The notes under the pieces: model-generated | What the model was told of the DNA's origin: nothing | Databases searched by the model: none | What the model saw: the letters and a program-made list of their open reading frames with translations, nothing else | Assembly: GCA_034439715.1 (NCBI GenBank) | Contig: JAWXAY010000039.1 | Coordinates: 1 to 38,611, forward strand | Length of the DNA stretch: 38,611 nt | Reading direction: 5' to 3' | DNA from: Pseudomonadota bacterium | Lineage (GTDB): Bacteria; Bdellovibrionota; Bdellovibrionia; Bdellovibrionales; SG-bin7 | Made by a program: the position numbers and the translations under genes | In this document: positions 1-8,664 of the stretch, one piece after another | Numbering within the stretch: position 1 is the first letter of the stretch | Layout: every line of letters starts with the position of its first letter

Positions 1-180
1 GCTAAAGGTATTCGTGTTGTCAAAAATTTTGGAATTTCTGAATCTAGCCGAAAACCTTCGACAGTCGGCCGCCATTCGACAAAGCCCACTCCAAAAAAAC
101 TAAAAAAGACTCTCTTAGGACCCTTTAAGACCTCTAAACGAATAAAACTAGATCTTAAGAACCAAAAATATATGCTTTAA
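1..180 (+). CDS. 3' end of a CDS truncated by the window edge (basic, Lys-rich C-terminus)
   Basis: Frame 1 is open from base 1 to TAA at 178-180 (AKGIRVVKNFGISESSRKPST...KNQKYML*). It converges on the gene that ends at 198. Confidence 0.55.
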   Translation, partial: AKGIRVVKNFGISESSRKPSTVGRHSTKPTPKKLKKTLLGPFKTSKRIKLDLKNQKYML

Positions 181-197
181 ATTGCCTGTGCTTAGCC

Positions 198-1346
198 CTA
201 ATTCCTTCTCATCCCAAAGTAATTTACGATTTTTGAACTTACTGCTTGAGTCGCTATAGAAAACTCGTTCTCACAATCAGCTACATTCTGAAAAGGACGT
301 TTCAACAGCTTTATGGAATTAATTTCTGCTACTGGCATCAGTGTCTCCTTTAGAGGGTAAAGATAAACAGCCATCTGCTCCACTCCATTTTTATCCGTAT
401 AAGAATATCTTTGCGGTTTGAAACTGAATTGATAGACCGCAACTTTTCGATCTCCGGTTGATCTAAAATCATCGCGAGTAACAGGATCATTTTTAAAACG
501 TATATACTCATCACACATGCCCTTTAAAAAAGAAAGATTAGCCTCGAATCTTCCGTTTTTATATCGGGCACCATCCGTAGAATTAAATTCACGTGAACCG
601 TAGTTTCCGCCTTGACCACTCCAGACAGCGTCCTCTCCGAAATTAACTACAATTGATGGCAATAAAAAACCAAGTGTTCCTTTTTTTAAAAAGAACCTAT
701 CGACACCTACATTTTGAATATCATAGCTTTGGCTTTGAAATTTTTCAAAACCAGTAATGGCGAATTTTTTAGTAAAAAGAAATCCCGTTAATGATCGGGC
801 ATCAACCGCACTTTGCCCATTATCATCGTGCATTCTCCCTGCCGCATAGGCGCCTTCATGAACTAACAATACAATTTTTTGATCTCCGTCCATCTTGTTC
901 CAGAGGTTTCTATCAATAAGAATAGTCGCTCCCTGACGAGTCGCAATTTGCACGAGCTTGCCTTCTTTAATTGGGGAGAAATCATCTCCAGTTATTCTCA
1001 ATTCGGTGGCAATCAATCGCCAATCATATTCGCAAAGAGCACTTAAAAGGAGAAATCCCAATTTATGATCCCTTTTCATGACCTCGGTAATTTTTCTCGA
1101 AAGTTTATCGAATGGAATATTTGACAAGTTTGAATCCTTAAAATGGTTCTGAATCTTTTCCAGTACTAAAGGATCGGGCGGCATGTTCATATCAAAATAC
1201 GGATTGTCTTCAATACCGTACTCAACGAGTTCCAGCATTTTCAAATTATCATTTATATAAATACCAATGCCGCCATTACCGGCTTGGCCTCCCGCATAGG
1301 CCAGAGGTGAAATAAAAAGTATTGTGAATAATAATAAGATTCTCAT
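198..1346 (-). CDS. Secreted hypothetical protein with GGxxGNGG motif after the signal peptide and an HExxY zincin-like motif
   Basis: Sec signal peptide MRILLLFTILFISPLAYA, then GGQAGNGG. LLVHEGAYA motif. AGGAGA SD. ATGA overlap with the upstream gene. Confidence 0.85.
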   Translation of the reverse strand: MRILLLFTILFISPLAYAGGQAGNGGIGIYINDNLKMLELVEYGIEDNPYFDMNMPPDPLVLEKIQNHFKDSNLSNIPFDKLSRKITEVMKRDHKLGFLLLSALCEYDWRLIATELRITGDDFSPIKEGKLVQIATRQGATILIDRNLWNKMDGDQKIVLLVHEGAYAAGRMHDDNGQSAVDARSLTGFLFTKKFAITGFEKFQSQSYDIQNVGVDRFFLKKGTLGFLLPSIVVNFGEDAVWSGQGGNYGSREFNSTDGARYKNGRFEANLSFLKGMCDEYIRFKNDPVTRDDFRSTGDRKVAVYQFSFKPQRYSYTDKNGVEQMAVYLYPLKETLMPVAEINSIKLLKRPFQNVADCENEFSIATQAVSSKIVNYFGMRRN

Positions 1347-2089
1347 AACTGTTCTCCTAAATGTGTTAGCGGAAATAATGATAGTGCTAATTGATAAACT
1401 TCATTATAATTGCCATCTTTGTCGGTCGGTTGCATAAATTCACTTATCTCATGTTGAAATTTTTTAAGTTTCTCTTTGAACTCAGGGAGTCTTGTCTTAT
1501 CGATAGCGATCGTGGTAGAGCTATGCTCACGATTTTCAAAGGAAACATTTTCTAGAGCGCGTAAACTTAACTCTAATATCTCACCCTGAAGCTTCTTCCT
1601 GGCGAAACTGGAGTTTTTGCTGTTAGTCCAAGTGTTATTGCGTGAAACGAGGTGCCATTTTTTGCGGTCACGTCGGATAAACTTTAATCGCTCCAAAATC
1701 GTTAGACTTACTTCCACCTCTTGCAGGTGTAGCCCTAATCTGTCTGCGATAAACCGAATGTTAGGTTTAAATGATTTTAATTTCATCAGTTCCAATATTG
1801 CGAAATAATGCCATGACGAAATAACTTCAAACTCATCGTTGCTAAGATTAAGATACTTGGGCGTCTCGTGAGATTTTTCTACCCGCTCGCGAGTAAATCC
1901 CAGTTTCTGTAAAATCTCCTGTGAAATTTTAATTGAAATATCTCGTTTGCCTCTCAATAACTTGGATAAATAGGATTGATCGATTTCTAAATTCTTAGCA
2001 AAGGCCCGTAACGAATAGCTGCGGTTTCGGCGACACCGGCTCATAAATTCGCGTTGTAAAGCTTCACGTACATTAACTGAATGTTCCAT
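1343..2089 (-). CDS. TIGR02147-family protein (N-terminal XRE-type HTH + DUF4423-like domain)
   Basis: RNRSYSLRAFAKNLEIDQSYLSKLLRGKR HTH; ISSWHYFAILEL; REHSSTTIAI; C-terminal VYQLALSLFPLT. All are typical of this family. Confidence 0.85.
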   Translation of the reverse strand: MEHSVNVREALQREFMSRCRRNRSYSLRAFAKNLEIDQSYLSKLLRGKRDISIKISQEILQKLGFTRERVEKSHETPKYLNLSNDEFEVISSWHYFAILELMKLKSFKPNIRFIADRLGLHLQEVEVSLTILERLKFIRRDRKKWHLVSRNNTWTNSKNSSFARKKLQGEILELSLRALENVSFENREHSSTTIAIDKTRLPEFKEKLKKFQHEISEFMQPTDKDGNYNEVYQLALSLFPLTHLGEQL

Positions 2090-2127
2090 GACGTCTTAGT
2101 AACAGAAAGCATTTGGATAAGCTAACG

Positions 2128-2160
2128 TTTGTCCTCGAAATTGAGGACAAATTGGTCCTC
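2128..2160. promoter_or_regulatory. Palindromic operator-like site with three half-sites upstream of the TIGR02147 gene
   Basis: TTTGTCCTC-gaaatt-GAGGACAAA is a perfect 9-bp inverted repeat (2128-2151), followed by TTGGTCCTC (2152-2160). Confidence 0.6.
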
Positions 2161-2420
2161 ATGAAATAAATTCATTTTTCTCTAATTTTTATGGTGCTTC
2201 AATCAAATATGTGTTTTGAGTGATCGCGGAGTGAGTTGTTTCGATATCGCAATTTCGAAGAAAAAATAGCTTCCGGCATAGAAAATAACCTGTGTGCTGA
2301 ATTTGTGGTTCCAAAATCACTGGTTTGAAAACCAAACTCCGACTTAAATTACACGGACTTCCAGATAGCGGCCAACATCAGGCAACAAGGGGTAGGGCAT
2401 TAACTGACTCAGGAAAAAAA

Positions 2421-2816
2421 TTATCGTTTAGAGTATTGACCGCGACGACGGGCACCACGAAGACCGTATTTTTTACGCTCAACCATACGTGGATCGCGAG
2501 TTAATAAACCCGCAGCTTTTAATGGTTCTTTAGTCGTTTCGTCCATTGTAACAATGGCGCGGGCGATGCCGAGGGAAATGGCTTCTGCCTGGCCAGTTTC
2601 GCCGCCACCTTTTACGGTAATTTGGGCGTCTAATTTTCCTTTATAATTTGTAACAGTTAAAGCCTGCCAAATTGAATAAAGAGAAAAGGGATGGTGAAAA
2701 TATTTATCAACTTCTTGAGCATTAACTGAAACTTTGCCTTTACCGGGTTTAATAAAAACACGAGCTGAAGAAGTTTTTCTGCGGCCTGTTCCATAAAAAG
2801 TTTTTGCTGCTGCCAT
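2421..2816 (-). CDS. rpsI: 30S ribosomal protein S9
   Basis: YGTGRRKTSSARV, GGGETGQAEA, LLTRDPRMVERKKYG...QYSKR; downstream of rplM. Confidence 0.99.
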   Translation of the reverse strand: MAAAKTFYGTGRRKTSSARVFIKPGKGKVSVNAQEVDKYFHHPFSLYSIWQALTVTNYKGKLDAQITVKGGGETGQAEAISLGIARAIVTMDETTKEPLKAAGLLTRDPRMVERKKYGLRGARRRGQYSKR

Positions 2817-2830
2817 TTCTCTTTTTCCCT

Positions 2831-3265
2831 TTAGTTAAAAGTTAACGCTTCTGGTTTTTGAGCTGAATGCTCGTGATTGGGACCAGAATAAACTTTTAGT
2901 TTATTAATTAATTTATAAGATAATTTATTTTTGGGAAGCATCAATCGTACAGCTTCTTCAACCACAAACTCAGGTTTAATTTCTTTCATCTTTTGGGCTT
3001 TTGTTTCTTTGATCGAACCAAAATATCGTGATCTACGAAAGTAAGATTTTTGATCCCATTTAGCACCTGACATTGCTACTTTATCAGCATTGATGACGAT
3101 TACAAAATCTCCCGTGTCAGCATGGGGAGTAAAAGTTGGTTTGTTTTTTCCACGTATCACTTCAGCAATTTGTGTTGCCATTCGACCTAAGGTTTTTCCA
3201 GTGGCATCAACCACCCACCACTTTGCTACTATTTCGTCGGTTTTAGCCATCCACGTATTTTGCAT
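2831..3265 (-). CDS. rplM: 50S ribosomal protein L13
   Basis: WWVVDATGKTLGRMAT, GKNKPTFTPHADTGDFVIVINA, MLPKN, HSAQKP. Confidence 0.99.
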   Translation of the reverse strand: MQNTWMAKTDEIVAKWWVVDATGKTLGRMATQIAEVIRGKNKPTFTPHADTGDFVIVINADKVAMSGAKWDQKSYFRRSRYFGSIKETKAQKMKEIKPEFVVEEAVRLMLPKNKLSYKLINKLKVYSGPNHEHSAQKPEALTFN

Positions 3266-3317
3266 AAATTCCTCGTAAGGCGCGGTTATCGTTAGCAGAT
3301 ATAGTTATCGAATAAGA

Positions 3318-3346
3318 TTTCTAGTTTTGACGGCACTTAATGTCAA
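3318..3346 (-). promoter_or_regulatory. Putative sigma70 promoter for rplM-rpsI
   Basis: Minus strand TTGACA-17 bp-TAGAAA between truA and rplM. Confidence 0.5.
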
Positions 3347-3349
3347 GGT

Positions 3350-4138
3350 TCAAGAAGATATTTCCTGGAACTCGCTCTCTACGTCTTGACCATATTTAAC
3401 AGCGCACAGAAAAAGTCCGTGTGCAGGCGCTGTAGTCTTTGCGGCCTGTCTATTTTTTTTGTCCATAATGCTTTGAATTTCAGTGACAGGACGTCCACAC
3501 CGCTCCGAGTCAATAAGCGTGCCTACAATATTGCGAACCATTTGCTTCAAAAAGCCATAACCTTCAATCGAAAAAACCAAGAGATTGCCATTTTTTAAAG
3601 TCCAGTGAGCCTTAGTGATGTGTCTAACAGTGGTCTTCGAATCCGAGCCAGTGCTTTGAAAGCTTTTGAAGTCATGAGTGCCAATTAAGCACTTCGAAGC
3701 CTCGTTTAGCCAGCTAAGCGACAATTTTTTTGGAAACCACCAAGTATGCCGACTTTTAAAGGCATCCGAAAACTCTGAGTTTAAAACATAATAGCGATAG
3801 GATTTATGACTTTTTGTTCCTAAGGCGTGAAAGGTTTGAGGTGCAATCCAAGCCTTTTTAATTGAAATAGTAAGAGGGGTCATATTATTTAGCGCTCGAA
3901 CCAAAGGAAAACTTTTGGGGTCGCGATCACATTCAAAATGGGCCATTTGTGAAAGGGCATGAACGCCACTGTCGGTGCGACTTGAGCCAATTACTCGCGT
4001 AGGCTTGTTAAAAATTTTTGAGACCACTTTTTCGAGAATACCTTGAACTGTATTGGGGCTGTTTCTTTGTTTTTGCCAACCTAGGAAGTCAGTGCCGTCG
4101 TATGAAATAAGTAAGCGTACTTTATATTTGGCTGGCAT
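3350..4138 (-). CDS. truA: tRNA pseudouridine(38-40) synthase
   Basis: ISYDGTDFLGWQKQ, SRTDSGVHA catalytic motif, GTHDFKSF, GFLKQMVRNIVG, APAHGLFL. Confidence 0.97.
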   Translation of the reverse strand: MPAKYKVRLLISYDGTDFLGWQKQRNSPNTVQGILEKVVSKIFNKPTRVIGSSRTDSGVHALSQMAHFECDRDPKSFPLVRALNNMTPLTISIKKAWIAPQTFHALGTKSHKSYRYYVLNSEFSDAFKSRHTWWFPKKLSLSWLNEASKCLIGTHDFKSFQSTGSDSKTTVRHITKAHWTLKNGNLLVFSIEGYGFLKQMVRNIVGTLIDSERCGRPVTEIQSIMDKKNRQAAKTTAPAHGLFLCAVKYGQDVESEFQEISS

Positions 4139-4139
4139 T

Positions 4140-5060
4140 CTAGAACTCTACCATGACTCCGACATTAAAGTAATCTGATGAAAAATCAAAAGTTCCACCG
4201 AGAGTTTTTACGAGCCTATATTCGGCAGCAAAATAAACGTTATTAATTCCGTATTCTTGATCCAAGCGGATGAGCCCCTTCCAATCAAAAATACCAATAT
4301 TAAATAATACACCGCCGGCGACGTGTCCGGCGTAGGCTGCGCCAAAGCGGCCCAGTGGCGGTTCGTTATCGTCGCGACTTTCGTTGAAGGTGTAAAGATC
4401 TAAACCAGCATCAGCGTAGGGTATTAATGGCTGCTTATCCCAAAACTGCAAATAAAGGACTGCAGATAAACTATTTGGAAACATAATAATTGTATAGCGT
4501 TCTTGGGCTTCGTCGCCATTATCGAAACGCCCTTGGCCAGAGGCAAAAAATATTCCGCTGCCCGCTTTTATTCCTAATTTTCCAAAACCAGAAAAAAGTC
4601 GCCACTCATAATCGGCAAGTAGAATCACGCCATCTGTTTCGGTGTAAACGTCGTCGTAAGTAATGTTCGGGTGATCTGGGTTAAAAAGATTATTCGGAAA
4701 AAAAGTACCCAGGCGCACGCTCGATGAATGTTTGATGCTTGAAGGTTTTACCGTGTAAATGTATTCGCCCTCTTTGGTAATGCGATACAGCCCATCCTTA
4801 GCAAAGGGATGTTGAATTTTTTTGGTACCGCGAAATGGCGTACCTTCGATTAATGGGCCCTCGTGTGAGGGGGGAGTCCATGACTTTAATACTTTAACTT
4901 CTCTGTTTTTTTGTGTGGCGCCCAAGTCAATTTTTTCATTTTTTTCTTTGACGGTGTCGGGATAGGGCGGCTCAGTTGGGGGAGTGTCCTCATTCGACCA
5001 AGTGGACGAGGAAAATAACATTAAAAGAAATACCAAAACAAAGGCCACGGACTGAATCAA
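4140..5060 (-). CDS. Outer membrane beta-barrel protein (resembles MXAN_2562 family)
   Basis: Signal peptide; amphipathic strands; QPLIPYADAGLD and LDQEYGINNVYFAAEYR motifs; C-terminal Phe (GVMVEF). TTGA overlap with the upstream gene. Confidence 0.7.
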   Translation of the reverse strand: MIQSVAFVLVFLLMLFSSSTWSNEDTPPTEPPYPDTVKEKNEKIDLGATQKNREVKVLKSWTPPSHEGPLIEGTPFRGTKKIQHPFAKDGLYRITKEGEYIYTVKPSSIKHSSSVRLGTFFPNNLFNPDHPNITYDDVYTETDGVILLADYEWRLFSGFGKLGIKAGSGIFFASGQGRFDNGDEAQERYTIIMFPNSLSAVLYLQFWDKQPLIPYADAGLDLYTFNESRDDNEPPLGRFGAAYAGHVAGGVLFNIGIFDWKGLIRLDQEYGINNVYFAAEYRLVKTLGGTFDFSSDYFNVGVMVEF

Positions 5061-6394
5061 CTGTTATTCCTTCGGCGGTAAAAAAGCTGAATAAAAAAAC
5101 CTGTAAGCAATAATGGTAAGAATGAAATAAAAAGAGTCATTGGCAAGCCTCGGGTTAAACTCGACTTGGCAAACAAAACAGCCGGCCAAAGTAAAAAGCG
5201 CGAGAGGGAGCGCAGCGATTCGTGTTGGGCAATAAACTGCGCTAGTGGCGGGCTGATTTTATAGTAAAATTTTATAATCGGAAAACTAATAGCGCGGTAG
5301 TTTTCTAATAAATAACCGCGAAACCGGCGCAGGGTTACCACTTCTTTCATCATCGGCGTGCCGTAAGCAGCTGTCGCCACTAAACACTGAAAGTCGTCTG
5401 ATAATAAACCAAACACTTCATCCGGTTTTGCTGAGTGCTGCTGCCCCAAAGAGGGTTGGTGAGAATAAAAGCCTTCGTTTTTAGCTTCGTCAACCGTTGC
5501 GGCCAAAAAATAATAGCGAGCGCCATTAATAAGTCCGTCAACGATATCTTTATCTAAACTTATGTCGTCGCCTGAGCCACTGGTGGGTAAATCCACTGCC
5601 CCATTCGCTCTGGTCATCGGAAAGGTACTGAAAAATAAAGGGTCAAAAGGCTCGGGCCCCTCGATAAAATAGAGACGTAGGCCGGTGTAGTTAATGCCGT
5701 TCCCAGTAGGATAACCAGTTATATACCGAAGTTGATCGCCAACGACATATACTTTTTCATCTCCGGGCAGAACGCCAAAGCCGCAAAGAGGGTCGTTAAT
5801 ACTGGCATCGCTACATCCGTCAATGTGAGTGTCCAGGATGCCCATCGTATTCTGCAGGCGAATTTGAAAGGTGAGGAACTCGTCTCCTGTGGAATTCAGC
5901 AGACCATTGTTATCTTTATCAATTCCAATTTTTAAATCGGCCGTACCATTATAAGCGCAGTCGCCAGCCAGGGTGGAGGTGGCATCAACTACTATATTAA
6001 TGCCATCACAGAGAGTGCCCCACGCAATTTGTAAAGTGCCGGTTTCGCCCTTGGCCGCCGTGGTTGAGCCCGTAGCGACTCCGGTAATCGGCGTATCATT
6101 GCTCCTGGTAACAATTATTTTGCCAAAAGCGTCTGCCTTTACTGATATCACCATTATTAAGGCGGGATGAATGCGAGCATTGTTGCAGGCTTGGGTGAAA
6201 GGGGTGCCTTCGCAGCTATCGCATACGCTTGAAGGGCTCGCTGAGGTGCAGGTACCTGCTGAGCCTCCAAAAATTTTACCCGTGGTTGTAATGAAATTAG
6301 ACGCTCCAGTAACGTTGGGAATCGTTACAGCCGACTTTCCAGAAATGGCTGTGAATAAAACTGCGTAAAGTAATAAGGATTGAGCGAGTCTCAT
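5057..6394 (-). CDS. Secreted Cys-rich protein with FN3-like segment and CFI-box-CTERM sorting domain
   Basis: Signal peptide; paired Cys; FN3-like strand GLINGARYYFLAATVDEAKN; C-terminal CLVATAAYG...LRRFR...FYYKISPPLAQFIA...TM...RRR. Confidence 0.85.
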   Translation of the reverse strand: MRLAQSLLLYAVLFTAISGKSAVTIPNVTGASNFITTTGKIFGGSAGTCTSASPSSVCDSCEGTPFTQACNNARIHPALIMVISVKADAFGKIIVTRSNDTPITGVATGSTTAAKGETGTLQIAWGTLCDGINIVVDATSTLAGDCAYNGTADLKIGIDKDNNGLLNSTGDEFLTFQIRLQNTMGILDTHIDGCSDASINDPLCGFGVLPGDEKVYVVGDQLRYITGYPTGNGINYTGLRLYFIEGPEPFDPLFFSTFPMTRANGAVDLPTSGSGDDISLDKDIVDGLINGARYYFLAATVDEAKNEGFYSHQPSLGQQHSAKPDEVFGLLSDDFQCLVATAAYGTPMMKEVVTLRRFRGYLLENYRAISFPIIKFYYKISPPLAQFIAQHESLRSLSRFLLWPAVLFAKSSLTRGLPMTLFISFLPLLLTGFFIQLFYRRRNNS

Positions 6395-6476
6395 ATTAAT
6401 ATTTCACCACACCTTAAGGCGAGACACAAGAAGACACCAAATTATGCCCAGGCTTTGCTCAAAACAAAAATATACA

Positions 6477-6506
6477 TTGATAATATCAGCTTAAGTTTAC
6501 TAGAAT
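6477..6506 (+). promoter_or_regulatory. Putative sigma70 promoter on + strand with no downstream ORF
   Basis: TTGATA (6477-6482)-18 bp-TAGAAT (6501-6506). Confidence 0.4.
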
Positions 6507-6512
6507 TATTTA

Positions 6513-6585
6513 CGAAGAGACATTCGATTAAGGCAGCTTAAGCTACAACGTGATCCACAGACTTGCTTAAGTTGCCTTTTTTTTT
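6513..6585 (+). ncRNA. Candidate small RNA (~73 nt)
   Basis: Lies between a + strand promoter match and a + strand hairpin with U-tract, while both flanking genes are on the - strand. Confidence 0.3.
6530..6585 (+). terminator. Intrinsic terminator-like hairpin with T9 tract
   Basis: AAGGCAGCTTAAGC (6530-6543) pairs with GCTTAAGTTGCCTT (6565-6578; one G-U on the + strand). T run 6577-6585. It may also terminate lipB. Confidence 0.65.
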
Positions 6586-7210
6586 AATCCCTAAAATTTT
6601 CAAAATGAGATTGAAACTTTTCGATAAGGCCAGCGCGAGAGACCTTGTAGCCCAACAGTTCTTCGACGCTTATCATTGTGTTTGACCTAAATCCACACGG
6701 GTTTAGCCCCTGAAAAGCCTGGGGATCATGATCAACGTTGAGAGCTAAACCATGATAGGTCACCCATCGTTTAACACCTATGCCGATAGAACAGATTTTT
6801 TTATCACCAATCCAAACTCCGGTTTCGTCCTTGCCGATTTTACCAGTAGCCTTTATGCCTAAATCTTTTAAAACATTGATCACGGCGTCTTCCATAAATT
6901 TAATGTGGGCGCGAATACCAATGAGTTTTTTTTTACCCAAAGCATTGGGTCGCTGCAAATTAATGATGGGGTAAATCACGAGTTGGCTAGGTCCATGATA
7001 AGTCGCGCGACCGCCGCGCTGGATTTCAGCAGTTGACCCCTCCCAGGCAAAAACATCACCAGGCATAGTACCGCGACCGATCGTTACGATGGGAGGGTGA
7101 GAGCAAAAAATAATTTTGTCGTCTGAAGTGCCTGCAACGACGCTAGCTAAGACGCTGAGCTGTTGAGCAAGTGCCGTTTGGTAGTCAATTAATCCCCAAT
7201 CTAAAAACAT
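6584..7210 (-). CDS. lipB: Lipoyl(octanoyl) transferase
   Basis: HPPIVTIGR, RGGRATYHGPSQLVIYPI, KICSIG, HGLALNV, PCG. Confidence 0.96.
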   Translation of the reverse strand: MFLDWGLIDYQTALAQQLSVLASVVAGTSDDKIIFCSHPPIVTIGRGTMPGDVFAWEGSTAEIQRGGRATYHGPSQLVIYPIINLQRPNALGKKKLIGIRAHIKFMEDAVINVLKDLGIKATGKIGKDETGVWIGDKKICSIGIGVKRWVTYHGLALNVDHDPQAFQGLNPCGFRSNTMISVEELLGYKVSRAGLIEKFQSHFENFRD

Positions 7211-8655
7211 TAAGCAGTTACTCCAGGGCGACTCGTGCTTGTCAGAGGTTTCTGGATGATGTGAATAGCGTGGCCCAGTGCTGCTTCGCTGGCCTCCATC
7301 ATGGTTTCACCCAAAGTGGGATGTGGATGAATGGTAAGGGCAATGTCTTCAAGAGTCGCACCCATTTCAAGCGCTAATGCTGCTTCACTGATTAGATTAC
7401 TGGCCTCGGGGCCTACAATCAAAATACCAAGTACGATTTCTGTTTTTGCATCAGCAATGATTTTTACAAATCCGTCTGTCTCCATAAGACTCACAGCTTT
7501 GCCGTTGGCCGCGAACGGAAACTTTCCAACTTTTAATTCATTGTGACCTCTGGCTTTGCATTCTTCTTCTGTCATTCCCACCATGGCGATTTCAGGATCG
7601 GTAAAAATAATCGCTGGCACAGTTTTCACATCGAAAACTCGATTTTCGCCAGAAATAACATCGGCCACAAGTACGCCCTCAAAACTCGCCTTGTGCGCGA
7701 GCATCGGTTGACCGGCAATGTCGCCGACGGCAAAAATATTATGTAGGTTCGTTTTTCGCTGTGGGTTTACTTTAATAAAACCGCGCTCATCGAGTTGCAG
7801 TCCAATACCTTTCAAATTGAGTTGATCTGAGTTGGGTATTCGGCCAACGGTGACGAGAATCTTTTCAGCTTGAATTTTTCTTTCTTTACCGTTTTCTTCG
7901 AGTGTGACTTCAACATCAGATTTTTCTTTTTTATAACTTTTTGCTTTGGCATTTAAAAGTACTTCAACGCCTAGTTTAGTTAATTTTCGCGACACAACTG
8001 CAACGCCATCTTTTTCGATGAGACCACTTAGTAAATTGGAAGTGGCTTCGACAACTGTTACTTTGGTCCCAAGTTTGGCGAGGTAGGTACTTATCTCGAG
8101 ACCAATATAACCACCACCAATGACCACTAAAGTTTTTGGTAACTCAATAAGAGCAAGAGCGCCGGTTGACGACATCACTGTCTTTTCGTCAAAATTGAAG
8201 CCCGGAATTTCGATGGGACGAGAGCCCGTGGCAATTACAAAATGTTTGGCGCTGATGGTTTGGATTCCGGTAGAAGACTTTACCGAGATTTCGGTGGCAT
8301 TTGTAAAACTGGCTTCGCCTTTTATGGCAGTGACTTTATTGCCCTTTAGCAAAAGTTCCACGCCACCGGCCATACGATCAGACACTCCCTGTTTCCATTT
8401 TTGTAATGTGGCCATATCAAGCTCAATGTCTTTGATTTTCATTCCCATTGCGGCGGCATCGTATTTAGCGCGATGAAAAAAATGCGAAGCTGAGATCATG
8501 GCTTTTGAGGGAATGCAGCCCACGTTGAGACAAACGCCGCCATAATGTTCACGTTCTATAATTACTGTTTTGAGTCCATGTTGGGCCGCACGAATAGCAC
8601 AAACGTAACCGCCGGGACCTGCGCCGATTACGCAGAGGTCAAATTTTGGATTCAT
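7210..8655 (-). CDS. lpdA: Dihydrolipoyl dehydrogenase (E3)
   Basis: GAGPGGY FAD motif, GGVCLNVGCIPSK redox disulfide, GGGYIGLE, HPHPTLGE. Confidence 0.98.
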   Translation of the reverse strand: MNPKFDLCVIGAGPGGYVCAIRAAQHGLKTVIIEREHYGGVCLNVGCIPSKAMISASHFFHRAKYDAAAMGMKIKDIELDMATLQKWKQGVSDRMAGGVELLLKGNKVTAIKGEASFTNATEISVKSSTGIQTISAKHFVIATGSRPIEIPGFNFDEKTVMSSTGALALIELPKTLVVIGGGYIGLEISTYLAKLGTKVTVVEATSNLLSGLIEKDGVAVVSRKLTKLGVEVLLNAKAKSYKKEKSDVEVTLEENGKERKIQAEKILVTVGRIPNSDQLNLKGIGLQLDERGFIKVNPQRKTNLHNIFAVGDIAGQPMLAHKASFEGVLVADVISGENRVFDVKTVPAIIFTDPEIAMVGMTEEECKARGHNELKVGKFPFAANGKAVSLMETDGFVKIIADAKTEIVLGILIVGPEASNLISEAALALEMGATLEDIALTIHPHPTLGETMMEASEAALGHAIHIIQKPLTSTSRPGVTA

Positions 8656-8664
8656 TTTTACTCC

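Noticed and set aside
198..2089. HTH + partner gene as a toxin-antitoxin pair or mobile element
   Set aside because: The partner has a Sec signal peptide and no toxin motif. No integrase, transposase or terminal repeats are present.
2161..2420. Intergenic stretch after rpsI as ncRNA, small ORF or att site
   Set aside because: No convincing stem, tRNA fold, SD-led ORF or flanking direct repeat was found by eye.
3266..3317. Repeated GTTATCG in the rplM leader as an L13 autoregulatory RNA
   Set aside because: These are direct repeats only, and no supportable secondary structure was seen. A covariance-model search would be needed.
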